Of a stretch of 64,000 nt of DNA, positions 19,577 to 29,311 are shown piece after piece (position 1 is the stretch's first letter; each line of letters starts with the position of its first letter). The notes under the pieces were generated by a model. It saw nothing but the letters and a program-made list of their open reading frames with translations, ran no database searches and had not been told where the DNA came from. Source of the stretch: an uncultured Anaerolineae bacterium (GTDB taxonomy: Bacteria; Chloroflexota; Anaerolineae; JAADDB01); the NCBI GenBank assembly GCA_964487375.1, contig CAZAQA010000007.1, positions 46,168 through 110,167 of the forward strand, written 5' to 3'. A program made the position numbers and the translations under genes.

Positions 19577-20474
19577 GGTGCGAGTTTCTCATCCCAGGGG
19601 CGATCATTGTTTCCTCGTTGGCCCAAACGTTCAACGGTAGCGGTTGTTTTTGTTCTTCCTCCCCGAGGAAGCGCGCCAAAAGGGCGACGATGGCCACCAA
19701 GTACATCATACCTCCCGGCACCCACATGATCGCTCCACCCAGCCGCTGATCTTGCAGCGGGGAGAGTCCCCAAAGTCGTGGCACGCGAGTGTAATATGTG
19801 TACCAGGGCGTAGATGCAAAGGCGATAGCGATGGAAAGTATCTCGTTCTGCACCAGGCCTGCTATTAATAGAGCAAGGCGCCACCCATATCCCAGGCGTG
19901 GAAAAATGCGCGGGGGGGCAGCAATGATATGCCACCAGAAGAGAAGAGCCGTGATAAAAAAGGAAATGTGCTCGGTATCGTGTATAAAGTCATTCTTCAG
20001 AGCCAGGTTGTATGCGTCCGGATCGTGCCAAAGCCAGAAAGTGGCCACGAAAAAGAAAAATGTAACGACGGGGGTCGCCAGGGTGCGCAAAAGTCTGCGG
20101 AGAGGAGCGTCACTGCCCAAAACCAGGACGAAAGCCCGGCGTTGAGCTCGTGGAAACGCGTGTAAACCGATGGGGAACGGATTCCCCAGCAAGATGAGCG
20201 GTGCGGCTACCATGATCAAGAGAAGATGCTGAATCATGTGCACAGAAAAGAGGAGTGATTGGAGAGCGTCTATGGCGGAAAGGAGGGCCGTGATGAGGAA
20301 GAACATCCCCAACGTGTAACTCAGGAGCTGCCATCCTCCAGCCAAATGAGTGGCTCCCAGACGCCGCAGGCGCAGCCATCCAACCAAGTATATCAGGAAA
20401 AGGGCGCCCAGGGTGAAAATCACCTCCGGACGCCACTCCCATGTCCATAAGGATGACATTGCGTTGTTACCCAC
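19569..20474 (-). CDS. ctaG: Cytochrome c oxidase (caa3) assembly factor CtaG
   Basis: 301 aa polytopic membrane protein resembling the Caa3_CtaG family (FSVHMIQHLLL). GTG start. Confidence 0.65.
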   Translation of the reverse strand: MGNNAMSSLWTWEWRPEVIFTLGALFLIYLVGWLRLRRLGATHLAGGWQLLSYTLGMFFLITALLSAIDALQSLLFSVHMIQHLLLIMVAAPLILLGNPFPIGLHAFPRAQRRAFVLVLGSDAPLRRLLRTLATPVVTFFFFVATFWLWHDPDAYNLALKNDFIHDTEHISFFITALLFWWHIIAAPPRIFPRLGYGWRLALLIAGLVQNEILSIAIAFASTPWYTYYTRVPRLWGLSPLQDQRLGGAIMWVPGGMMYLVAIVALLARFLGEEEQKQPLPLNVWANEETMIAPGMRNSHHV

Positions 20475-20478
20475 GATC

Positions 20479-21048
20479 CTACCTGAGCAAATAAAGCGCT
20501 GAATAGAAGAAAACCCAGACCAGATCGACGAAATGCCAGTATTTCACCGTTCCTTCGACTCCCCAATGGTGCTCTGGGGAGTAGGCTCCCCGGCGTGCGT
20601 TGAGAAAAACCAGGAAAAGCATGGCCACACCCGTCAAAACGTGGAAGGCATGCATGCCTGTCATGGAGAAGAAAACCATCCCGAACTTCCTCTGCGGGAC
20701 GATGCCAGCATGCAGCGCTTCGGGCCATTCCAGAGCTACAACCCCTAGCAGAAACATCGTACCCAGGATAGCCGTAAACAGCAAGTTCCGCAGCAAGCCT
20801 TTGCGGTGTCCTGTAGCGATCGAAGTTTCTGCTCGATAAGCGGTCAAGCTGCTGAGCAGTAAGACAAGGGTCAAAAGGAAGCCCATCTGCTGGTTCAGTT
20901 CGTGAGGGCGGTACGTGCCAAAGAGGGCAAAGCGCGTGACCAGCAGGATGATGAAAATCATGCTGTCTGAAGCGATGAAGAACCACAATCCCAGTCTGTT
21001 GATACTCAGTCGATCATAGGTGGCGTGAGTCAATTCGGATGTGGTCAT
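20479..21048 (-). CDS. ctaE: Cytochrome c oxidase subunit III
   Basis: 189 aa. Subunit III motifs are present (MHAFHVLTGV, YWHFVDLVWVF). Confidence 0.85.
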   Translation of the reverse strand: MTTSELTHATYDRLSINRLGLWFFIASDSMIFIILLVTRFALFGTYRPHELNQQMGFLLTLVLLLSSLTAYRAETSIATGHRKGLLRNLLFTAILGTMFLLGVVALEWPEALHAGIVPQRKFGMVFFSMTGMHAFHVLTGVAMLFLVFLNARRGAYSPEHHWGVEGTVKYWHFVDLVWVFFYSALYLLR

Positions 21049-21254
21049 CAGTGGCCTCCTTCACGGCTCCAGATTTGCGAGAAATGCATGAAATATTCGG
21101 CGATGAGCCCTGCTTTGGCAAAGGCAATGACACTCAGTGGAGCCAGGGGAGAGGTCATCGTGATGGCGATGGCAAACTCTATCAGCGTTAGTATGCCCAG
21201 GCCTCCTCCGACAATCCAACCGATTCGCATCTTGCGAGCACGCTGTATCTCCAT
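21048..21254 (-). CDS. Putative small 2-TM cytochrome c oxidase subunit (subunit IV-like)
   Basis: 68 aa with two predicted TM helices. Located between ctaD and ctaE, with an ATGA overlap onto ctaE. Confidence 0.4.
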   Translation of the reverse strand: MEIQRARKMRIGWIVGGGLGILTLIEFAIAITMTSPLAPLSVIAFAKAGLIAEYFMHFSQIWSREGGH

Positions 21255-21256
21255 GA

Positions 21257-23161
21257 TTAGACCTCCTCTGTAAATTCAGACACTTCAACGGATGTGTCCA
21301 CATCCGCATTAACGGTATCACTCCCGCCGGCCGCGGATAGGCGGGCATACACCGCGCCCGGAACTCCGTAATCATAGGGAGCACCGACAACGATGGGGGG
21401 CGTCGGGAAAGCGACGCCGCGTACCGGTGAAGGAACCATCCATTCGATGCCCCGGGAACGCCAGGGGTTCAAAGGAGCGGGGGCACCTTTCACCGCACTG
21501 TGCACCAGATTGTAGACGAACAGGACAACGCTGAGGGCGACCATGTAACCGCCCAAAGTCATTAGTTCATGGTAACCTGTGATGCCTAGAGCCGGGTCGT
21601 AGTCGGCAATACGGCGTCGCATGCCCAGGAGCCCAGCCCGGAACATGGCCAGGGTGAAGATGCCGAAGCCGATGAACATAAGCCAGAACTGAATCTTGCC
21701 CAGCCGTTTGTTATACATCCGCCCGGTCACTTTAGGATACCAGAAGTAGATGGCCGCAATGAAGGGAAAAAGAAAGCCGCCGAACATTGTGTCGTGGAAG
21801 TGGGAAACTACCCAGTAGGTGTCATGCAAAAACCGGTCCACAGGCACAACGGCCAGGAAGGGGCCAGTTAAACCACCGAGCAAGAAGACCACGATGCCCC
21901 CTAACACAAAGAGCATGGGCGTCTCGTAAGAGATTTTTGCATCCCACATGGTAGCTAGCCAACTGAAAAACTTGACGCCCGTGGGCACGGCAACCAGCAT
22001 AGTAGTGAAGGTGAAAAAGACCTGCAATTCGTTGGGCAATCCTACCGTGAACATGTGGTGTGCCCAGACGAGAAACCCCATTGCCGCGATGGCCATGCTG
22101 GAAAGGGCCACCCACTTGTACCCGAAAAGTGGTTTGCGGGTAAACACGGGTAAGATCTCGCCGATCACCCCCAGGCCGGGCAGGACAAAAATGTACACGG
22201 CCGGGTGGGAATAGAACCAGAATATGTGTTGATAAAGGACGGCGTTGCCGCCTTTTGTCGGGTCGAAGAACCCTATGCCGATCAGACGTTCGAGCAGGAC
22301 CATTAGAAAGGAGGTGGCAATGAACTGTGTACCAAAAAGCTGAATCCAGGCCGCGGCAAAGACGCCCCAAACGAAAATAGGCATGCGGAACATCGTCATG
22401 CCCGGTGCTCTCATTTTAATGACAGTAGTAATGAGATTGATCGAACCAAAGATGGACGAGAATCCCAAAACGAAGACGCCTAGATAGAAAAACTGCTTAC
22501 CGATGGCGCCGATAGCCCCCAGTGGCGGATATCCTGTCCAGCCGGTGTTGAACCCTCCAAAGGCTAGGCTAAGCAGAAGCAAGATGGCCGCCGGGACAGA
22601 AACCCAATAGGAAAGGGCATTCAGTCGCGGAAAGGCCATATCCGGCGCACCCAGCATTAATGGGAACAGATAATTGGCCATACCGGCAATACCCAGAAGA
22701 ATGGCCCCAATCATGATAATGCCGTGCAAACCCATTAGCGTGTTATAGAGATTAGGATCCAGAAACTGTAGCCCTGGTTGGGTTAACTCCAACCGGAATA
22801 TCAGGGCAAAAGTCCCGGCCACTCCGATAAGGATGAGTGAGGTTACCGCGTACTGGATGCCTATCACTTTATGATCTGTGTCAAAATTGAAATAGCGAAC
22901 CCACTGTGGGCCGGGGGGTGGTTCGTGTGGGGGATCCCCTGAGGGAGCACCACGCAGCCAGTGCCACCAGTCGGTGAATGCTCCGACCCCGGCAAGGAAG
23001 GCCAGAGTTCCTATCACGGCTCCCACAAATGTGGCCGCTGCTTCATCCCAGGCAGACAACCCCAGTCCCAGGCGGATGAGTGTGGTCAGCAGGGCTCCGA
23101 CCACGCTGCCAACGATGCCCCAAAAGAGGCCGCGTATCAACCCCAAGGAAAATAGGCGCAT
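21257..23161 (-). CDS. ctaD: Cytochrome c oxidase subunit I
   Basis: 634 aa. Heme-copper oxidase subunit I motifs throughout. Carries an N-terminal extension of about 90 aa with extra TM helices. Confidence 0.9.
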   Translation of the reverse strand: MRLFSLGLIRGLFWGIVGSVVGALLTTLIRLGLGLSAWDEAAATFVGAVIGTLAFLAGVGAFTDWWHWLRGAPSGDPPHEPPPGPQWVRYFNFDTDHKVIGIQYAVTSLILIGVAGTFALIFRLELTQPGLQFLDPNLYNTLMGLHGIIMIGAILLGIAGMANYLFPLMLGAPDMAFPRLNALSYWVSVPAAILLLLSLAFGGFNTGWTGYPPLGAIGAIGKQFFYLGVFVLGFSSIFGSINLITTVIKMRAPGMTMFRMPIFVWGVFAAAWIQLFGTQFIATSFLMVLLERLIGIGFFDPTKGGNAVLYQHIFWFYSHPAVYIFVLPGLGVIGEILPVFTRKPLFGYKWVALSSMAIAAMGFLVWAHHMFTVGLPNELQVFFTFTTMLVAVPTGVKFFSWLATMWDAKISYETPMLFVLGGIVVFLLGGLTGPFLAVVPVDRFLHDTYWVVSHFHDTMFGGFLFPFIAAIYFWYPKVTGRMYNKRLGKIQFWLMFIGFGIFTLAMFRAGLLGMRRRIADYDPALGITGYHELMTLGGYMVALSVVLFVYNLVHSAVKGAPAPLNPWRSRGIEWMVPSPVRGVAFPTPPIVVGAPYDYGVPGAVYARLSAAGGSDTVNADVDTSVEVSEFTEEV

Positions 23162-23175
23162 AGTGAATCTCCTTC

Positions 23176-24210
23176 CTATTTCAAAGTCTTGATGTAAGCG
23201 ATGATCTGGCGAATTTGTTTTTCAGAAAGTTGGCTTTTGTATGTCTTAGGCATAATGTCTTGATATCCGGCGACGATCTGCCGAGAAGGATCAACGATAG
23301 AGGTGTGCAAGTAGTTCTCATCGGCCGTAACTGTCGATCCGTCTTTCAACTTGACCTGGGAGCCATATAGTCCTTTCCAGGTGGGACCCACCGACCGACG
23401 GCCGTCAACGGAATGGCAGGAAAGACACCCAAGTTGGCCGACCAATGCCTTTCCGGCTGCAGCCTCCCCACCAGCAGCGGGGGTTCCCTGGGCAAGACCT
23501 GCTGCTGCCCCGGTTTGTTTCGTGACCCACTCCTGGAACTTGTACGCGGGCAGGATGTGCGCCGGAGCCAGCATGGCGTAGTGTCCTGCCCCGCATAGCT
23601 CGGCACAACGAACCTTATAATTTCCCAACCGATCAGGGACGTAACGAATGACGTTGACCTGGCCAGGGATGGCATCCATCTTCATGCGGAATTCGGGAAT
23701 CCAGAAGGAGTGGATGACGTCTCTGGAAGTTACCTCGAACTTAATGGGGCGGTCGATGGGAAGGACGAGCTCGCTTGATGTGATCCCGTACTCTGGGTAT
23801 TTGAAAAGCCACGCAAATTGAAAGCCGATCACCTTGACCGTCAGTTCGTTCGGTCGGGGTCGTGAGAGCGCATACATTGCTCGGACCCCCAGAATGCCCA
23901 CGCTGAAGATGACCAGAAGAGGGATAACGGTCCAGGCAATTTCCAGACGGGTATTTCCGAATAGAGGACGACCATCAGTTGTGTCCCCTGGAGGACGACG
24001 GAAGACGATGAGACTGTACACAAGAAAGACGACAATGAGAGAAAAGATGAACGCCGCAATGGCAAAAATAAGTCGAAGCAAAAAATCGACTTCACTTCCC
24101 TGCTGGCTGGCCAGAACAGGGGTCAAATCGGCTGTCCAGAAGAAGAGGACGAGGGGAATGGAGAGCAAGATGGTCAAACCGATAGGGACCAGAATATTAC
24201 CGCGTTTCAT
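23176..24210 (-). CDS. ctaC: Cytochrome c oxidase subunit II with fused C-terminal cytochrome c domain (caa3-type)
   Basis: 344 aa. CuA site (CAELCGAGH) and a C-terminal CLSCH heme c motif. RBS GGAGGAGG. Confidence 0.85.
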   Translation of the reverse strand: MKRGNILVPIGLTILLSIPLVLFFWTADLTPVLASQQGSEVDFLLRLIFAIAAFIFSLIVVFLVYSLIVFRRPPGDTTDGRPLFGNTRLEIAWTVIPLLVIFSVGILGVRAMYALSRPRPNELTVKVIGFQFAWLFKYPEYGITSSELVLPIDRPIKFEVTSRDVIHSFWIPEFRMKMDAIPGQVNVIRYVPDRLGNYKVRCAELCGAGHYAMLAPAHILPAYKFQEWVTKQTGAAAGLAQGTPAAGGEAAAGKALVGQLGCLSCHSVDGRRSVGPTWKGLYGSQVKLKDGSTVTADENYLHTSIVDPSRQIVAGYQDIMPKTYKSQLSEKQIRQIIAYIKTLK

Positions 24211-24342
24211 CTAGACGTTACCTCCTCCGGTCAGTGGTGTGGTGGTTCCGCATGACCTGCACTCGAAGTTCCATTTGTCCCGATGGCTAACAGCGAGGTA
24301 TGATACAAACCCGCTCTTGATTACATATAAGATGGCGATAGT

Positions 24343-24371
24343 CTAGTCCTTTTGGGGAAGGCTGTCAAGTT
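24343..24371 (-). promoter_or_regulatory. Candidate sigma70-type promoter for the cta operon
   Basis: On the minus strand: TTGACA, a 17-nt spacer, then TAGACT, about 130 nt upstream of the ctaC ATG. Confidence 0.3.
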
Positions 24372-24462
24372 TTGCTAGCATGGTGTTGCAAAATTCCCCG
24401 GGCAGGCGGAACTGGGCCGGACTTTTCTCAGCAGGGAAGAGGAAGCATGGTTTTGACGGTAT

Positions 24463-26130
24463 TCAACGTAAGACACTCCATAACCACCACAAGCTCAGTA
24501 TCATCCCCCCCAGAAAGCCGGGCATTACCAACCAAGTCATGAGGGGCCAGGGCCAGGAGAAATCCAAGGAAGGGAGAAGGCTTCCTAGACCAATGATGAG
24601 TGCGGCCAGCAAGATGCTCAGGGAAAGACGACGGGCCATCTTGCTCACCTGGAGCATGTACTCGCGGTCCGTTTCTGTTCGCACATGCAGCGCCCATTGG
24701 CCCTGCTCCAACTGCATAAGCAGGGGGCGCATGTATTCCGGCGTTTCCAGGATCAGGCTGCCCCACTGGCTGGCCAATACTCCCAGGCGTCGAACGATGG
24801 CACTCGGACGCCGTGACTGGCGCAAGAAGTGGCGCACGTAAGGGTCCGCGATGGCGAAAAAGTCGAAATCGGGGTACAGTGTAAAAGTCAACCCCTCCCA
24901 CATCATCAGGGTTTTTCCCAATAGCCACAAGTCCGGAGGGAGCCCAAGGTGATGCCGGTACATAATCGGCAAAAGGTCGGCAATGACTTCTCTTGCCCGG
25001 ATGTATTTCAAAGGGAGTCCGTAATAGCGGGTGAGAATGCGCTCGATGTCGCGACGCAGGCGCGCGCGATCTACAGCTACTTGGACGGCACTCATATGGA
25101 TAAGCTGCTCGACGATACCATCGGAGTCCATCAAGACGGAAACGATGAAAAGTCGGATTAGATCTTCCCGCACACGGGCGCTGAGGTATCCGACCATGCC
25201 GAAGTCCATCATCCCCAGGACATTATCCTGCAACACATAAAAATTACCGGGGTGGGGGTCGGCGTGGAAAAATCCGTCTACCAGAGCTTGCTTCACAATC
25301 ATGTTGGTCGCGTTGAGGACGACCTGTTTGGGATCCAGCCCTGCCACGCGTAGGGCCTCTATGTCATCGATTTTCACCCCGTGCAGGCGTTCCAGGACGA
25401 GTACCCGTTCGGATGTATGATCCCAAAAAACTTTGGGGACGTACACGCTCTTGAGTTCGGCCATGGTTTGGCGGAACCGATCCGCGTTGCGGCCTTCACG
25501 GACATAGTCCAGTTCCCCTTTGAGCAGGAAAGCAAAATCCTCGGCCACATCTGCCAGGTTGTACAATTCTCCCAACGTCGTGCGCTCCTGGGCTAACGTC
25601 GCCAGGTCTTTGATAATTTCTAGGTCGATTTCGATAGTCTGCCGAATGCCAGGACGCTGTACTTTGACCACTACGTCTGTGCCATCGGCAAGCGTCGCTG
25701 CGTAGACTTGCCCCAACGAAGCCGAACCGATCGGAATGGTGTTAAACGAGGCGAAGATAGTCTCGAGTTGTTTGCCGTAGGCCTTTTCCAAAACAGGACG
25801 TATTTGTGTCCACGGTACTGGAGGTACTGTGTCCTGAAGTCGATTCAGTTCGGCAATGAACGCCGGAGGGACCAGGTCGGGACGGGTACTGAGGATTTGC
25901 CCTAACTTGATGAACGTTGGTCCTAATTCTTCCAGAGCCAAGCGAAAATGCTGAGGCAGCGTTTGAGGTGGGGGAGGAGCCTGGCGTCGCAAACGCATAG
26001 GCCAAGCCACGAGTTCCGTGAGCCCGAGCTCCTCGATGACCATCCAGAAGCCATGTCGGGCCAGAATTCGGACAATCTCTCGATAACGGTTCAGATGTCG
26101 CACCCGACGTGCAGGTCTCAGGACATCCAT
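24463..26130 (-). CDS. ubiB: ABC1/UbiB family protein kinase
   Basis: 555 aa with ADCK/UbiB kinase-like motifs and C-terminal TM helices. Confidence 0.8.
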   Translation of the reverse strand: MDVLRPARRVRHLNRYREIVRILARHGFWMVIEELGLTELVAWPMRLRRQAPPPPQTLPQHFRLALEELGPTFIKLGQILSTRPDLVPPAFIAELNRLQDTVPPVPWTQIRPVLEKAYGKQLETIFASFNTIPIGSASLGQVYAATLADGTDVVVKVQRPGIRQTIEIDLEIIKDLATLAQERTTLGELYNLADVAEDFAFLLKGELDYVREGRNADRFRQTMAELKSVYVPKVFWDHTSERVLVLERLHGVKIDDIEALRVAGLDPKQVVLNATNMIVKQALVDGFFHADPHPGNFYVLQDNVLGMMDFGMVGYLSARVREDLIRLFIVSVLMDSDGIVEQLIHMSAVQVAVDRARLRRDIERILTRYYGLPLKYIRAREVIADLLPIMYRHHLGLPPDLWLLGKTLMMWEGLTFTLYPDFDFFAIADPYVRHFLRQSRRPSAIVRRLGVLASQWGSLILETPEYMRPLLMQLEQGQWALHVRTETDREYMLQVSKMARRLSLSILLAALIIGLGSLLPSLDFSWPWPLMTWLVMPGFLGGMILSLWWLWSVLR

Positions 26131-26278
26131 TATCTCCCCCGTCCAGACAACACCACTTCAGACTAGCACAAGTGGGTAGAAATTGGGAAGTCGGAACCCG
26201 GGGGAATAGGATTCAAGGAGAAGATGGTGTCGAATCGGCCTGACCCCTTGTCGCCTTGGAAAGCCAGGTGCGGGGAAG

Positions 26279-26965
26279 TTATGGGTCTCCGTCGTCTCCC
26301 TCTGACGGCAAGTTTCCCGGGTCGAAGAGGTATCCTCGACGGTAAACGGTGCGGATATGTTGAGGGTTTCGGGGATCCTCTTCAATTTTGGCGCGTAGAA
26401 GGTGGATGTGGACATCCAGGGCGCGCATGTCCTCCACGTATTCCGTGTGCCAGACGGCTTGCACGAGGGTACGCCGGGTGGTGATTTCACCTGGGTGCCG
26501 CATTAGTTCCGTCATGATGATCTGTTCCCGAGGAGTAAGATGACATGTACCGTGTGGAGTGTAAAACGTACGTGTGCGCCGATCAAGGCGGAAGTTTCCA
26601 GCTACGATAACGTCTTTCTCTCGGATCCTTAGGGCCGCTGCGATCCGCTGGCGGAAAATGCGCTTGTTGAATGGCTTGCGGATATATGCGTCTGCTTTGG
26701 GAAGCTCCTCTGTTGGCTCCTCTCCGCCGACAATGAGCAAGACAGCTTGCCCGGGAGCGGCCCGACGCAATCGTACCAGAAGACGTTCCGGGTCCCCTTC
26801 CAAGCTGGTCAAGTCGACACACATGACATCAGGTGGATGCTCACGCGCTGCGCTGATCGCTTCACGGCCAGAGGTAACCAGTTCAATGTCCCGGTCAGCA
26901 CGCCAATAGCGCTTGACGCGAGCTAACTCTTTGGGATCTGCTGTGAGGTAAAGAATGCGCCTCAT
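26279..26965 (-). CDS. OmpR-family winged-helix response regulator (orphan, atypical receiver)
   Basis: Start assigned to the ATG that follows GAGGAA. Receiver domain with phospho-acceptor Asp (CVDL) and Lys (IRKPF), but lacking the usual acidic pair and Thr. C-terminal OmpR wHTH (RTVYRRGYLF). Confidence 0.65.
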   Translation of the reverse strand: MRRILYLTADPKELARVKRYWRADRDIELVTSGREAISAAREHPPDVMCVDLTSLEGDPERLLVRLRRAAPGQAVLLIVGGEEPTEELPKADAYIRKPFNKRIFRQRIAAALRIREKDVIVAGNFRLDRRTRTFYTPHGTCHLTPREQIIMTELMRHPGEITTRRTLVQAVWHTEYVEDMRALDVHIHLLRAKIEEDPRNPQHIRTVYRRGYLFDPGNLPSEGDDGDP

Positions 26966-27112
26966 CCGGGATTCCTCGGAGATTCGTTCATCACCCACCA
27001 ATGTATTCGGGAATCTTCACCCATGTGTGGGCAAAGACTGAAAAAAGCAGGTGCTGAAAACCGGTCGGGCCGCCATTGGGCCAGGATACAAGTGCCCGTC
27101 ATGGAGCGGAAT

Positions 27113-28081
27113 TCAGCAGAGCCCTGTGAGCTTGCCTAACTGGGCCATCTTTTCCTCGTCTAGAATCCTGGTCTGCCACTGCTCATGCGGGCCGGAAAGC
27201 TCGCCTGTAAGGAAGCGTTGAACGATTTCCTCTTCTGACGGGGGGTGCAAGAAGAGAGCCGGCAAGGCCTCAGGGACGAGTGAACGGGGCCGCTGTCGCA
27301 AGTGCGCCGCATGTTCTTGCCAGACCTCAGGCTGGATGCGTTTGAAGTCGATGTCATTGCTGCCCATCGCAAAAGTCCACGTTTCACCAAAGCTGGTGAT
27401 AAATCCTTTGTACCAGACTGTATGAGAAAAGCGTTGCCGCAAAAAGGTTATGGCGAGCAGTCCTTCGTACTGGGGGGGGCCCGGGTCAGGGCCATGTGTC
27501 ACCACGATCCCCCCTTTGTCCAGGACGCCGGGAATAGCGTCGAAGACACGTTCGAACAGGTGAAGGGTTTCCGGCATCAAGTCTACCAGGTCGACTACGA
27601 TGACGTCGAAATGCTCGGAGGTGTTCCGGAGATAGTCGCGAGCATCCTCTATACGGAGACTCAAGCGTGGATTGTCAAGCACGCCCTCTTGCATATGGGC
27701 AAGATATTTGCGGCATACCTGCACGACCACGTCGTCCAAGTCGACCAGGGTGACGTGATCAACCTGATCATGTCGAAACAATTCGCGCGCGGCCAAGCCA
27801 TCTCCGCCCCCTAAAATGAGTACATGCTCGGGATGCGGGTGGGCCAGCAGAGCCGGGAGGACGAGGTGTTCGTGGTAGATGTATTCGTCTGCTTCCGCCA
27901 ACTGCATCCAGCCATCCAGGAAAAGGCAGGTCCCGAGGACGTCAGCATCGCCAATGGCGATCGTCTGATAAGGAGAAGTGCCCCGGTAGCGCCAGGTGCG
28001 TATCGGGGTGACCACCCACCTGCCCCCGTGCGAGGTTTCGATGACGGCCCCTTGATAAACAGGCTTATGTATTGGCGACAA
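27113..28081 (-). CDS. speE: Spermidine synthase / polyamine aminopropyltransferase
   Basis: 322 aa. Motifs VLILGGGDGLAARE and VTLVDLD. C-terminal extension of about 60 aa. Confidence 0.8.
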   Translation of the reverse strand: MSPIHKPVYQGAVIETSHGGRWVVTPIRTWRYRGTSPYQTIAIGDADVLGTCLFLDGWMQLAEADEYIYHEHLVLPALLAHPHPEHVLILGGGDGLAARELFRHDQVDHVTLVDLDDVVVQVCRKYLAHMQEGVLDNPRLSLRIEDARDYLRNTSEHFDVIVVDLVDLMPETLHLFERVFDAIPGVLDKGGIVVTHGPDPGPPQYEGLLAITFLRQRFSHTVWYKGFITSFGETWTFAMGSNDIDFKRIQPEVWQEHAAHLRQRPRSLVPEALPALFLHPPSEEEIVQRFLTGELSGPHEQWQTRILDEEKMAQLGKLTGLC

Positions 28082-28484
28082 GGGCGCCTCCTGTGAAGTG
28101 CATTCCCCTTTCCATGACCGTCGTTTCCATGTGTGCCGTCTTCAACTGCTTTGCGAGGACCTCCAGTGCTTTTTCGGGGTTTCCGCTGCAGGCAAAAACA
28201 TCAACGGCCGCGTACCCGTGTTCCGGCCATGTGTGGACGGAGAGATGCGATTCTGCCAGCAACGCGACCAGGGTCACTCCGTGCGGGGAAAACTCGTGGA
28301 CGAGCACGTCCAGCACACTCAAGTGACCAGCCTCACAGGCAATCAGAACACTCTCTCGCAAGTATGTCGGATCGTCCAGGACTCGCGAATCTCCTGACCA
28401 CACTTCAGCGATCAGGTGACGCCCCAGAGCAATGTGCTCGGCCGTCCCCTGAAGCTCCCCTAGAGAAGTGAGTCGCTTCTCCAT
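28065..28484 (-). CDS. speH: S-adenosylmethionine decarboxylase proenzyme (class 1, SpeH-type)
   Basis: Trimmed to the ATG after AAGGAGG. ESHLSVHTWPE processing/active motif. Overlaps speE by 17 nt. Confidence 0.75.
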   Translation of the reverse strand: MEKRLTSLGELQGTAEHIALGRHLIAEVWSGDSRVLDDPTYLRESVLIACEAGHLSVLDVLVHEFSPHGVTLVALLAESHLSVHTWPEHGYAAVDVFACSGNPEKALEVLAKQLKTAHMETTVMERGMHFTGGALVANT

Positions 28485-29212
28485 AAAAGAGCCTCCTTTT
28501 TTTCTGTACCCACAGCACAGGTGATGGTATGCCTGCCTGTGTGCCAGGCAAACGGCCGAGGGGGCTCTCCGGCAGCCTATGGCATTGCCCAAACCGAAGA
28601 CCATCGGACCTGCTTTCATCCACAAATAGCCTTCCGGGTCACTTGGGCATATGTTTCGCCGCTTTCACCCCCCTTTTAACTTTAACCTCCATGAAATCCC
28701 CCTGATCCATCGATTTCACTATAACATAGGATGTCCGGCCGGGCAAGGCGGTTATCGCTAGGGGGAGGCTGTCTCCATGACCTCGAGCTCGCCGAAGAGA
28801 TTGTGCAACGCGTGGATGTTGTCTGGGGATGGTCAATTACCTTCTTATTTGATTCCTCAGGATGAGACATTAAGGTCAACAGGCCACCGGCGAGACCGGT
28901 GGCCTGAGCTCTCCCCGCGATGCCGTGTGCCAAGTGGTCCTGAACCTGCTCACGCAGGTGGGAGGCTCGGGCTGATCTCCCGCCTTGCCCGACGGCTATC
29001 GCGTTCCACCAGCACACTCGCTTCCCTAAATTTTGGTGTTGGCTCAGGACCTCGCAGGGCATCACGCACACCGCAGGGTCTAGTTGAATATACCATAGCT
29101 TCAGGGCGGGCGCAAAATAGGCCTATCGGGGGATGTACGCCGGTGTGCCAACGGGGTATGCTATGGATAGTATGCACACTCTCGACACAGAATCACACGT
29201 GCGGGGGCAAAT

Positions 29213-29241
29213 TTGAACGTTGCGGGCAAAATTTGGATAAT
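29213..29241 (+). promoter_or_regulatory. Candidate sigma70 promoter for the giant secreted-protein gene
   Basis: TTGAAC (29213-29218), a 17-nt spacer, then GATAAT (29236-29241). Overlaps an imperfect direct repeat GCGGGGGCAAATTTGAAC / GCGGGCAAAATTTGGAT. Confidence 0.35.
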
Positions 29242-29311
29242 GCCTGAACATAGGCCAGCCATGCTGCATTGTTCAGTTGTACAAAAACCCTGCGCTCAGG
29301 GGAGGAATGTA

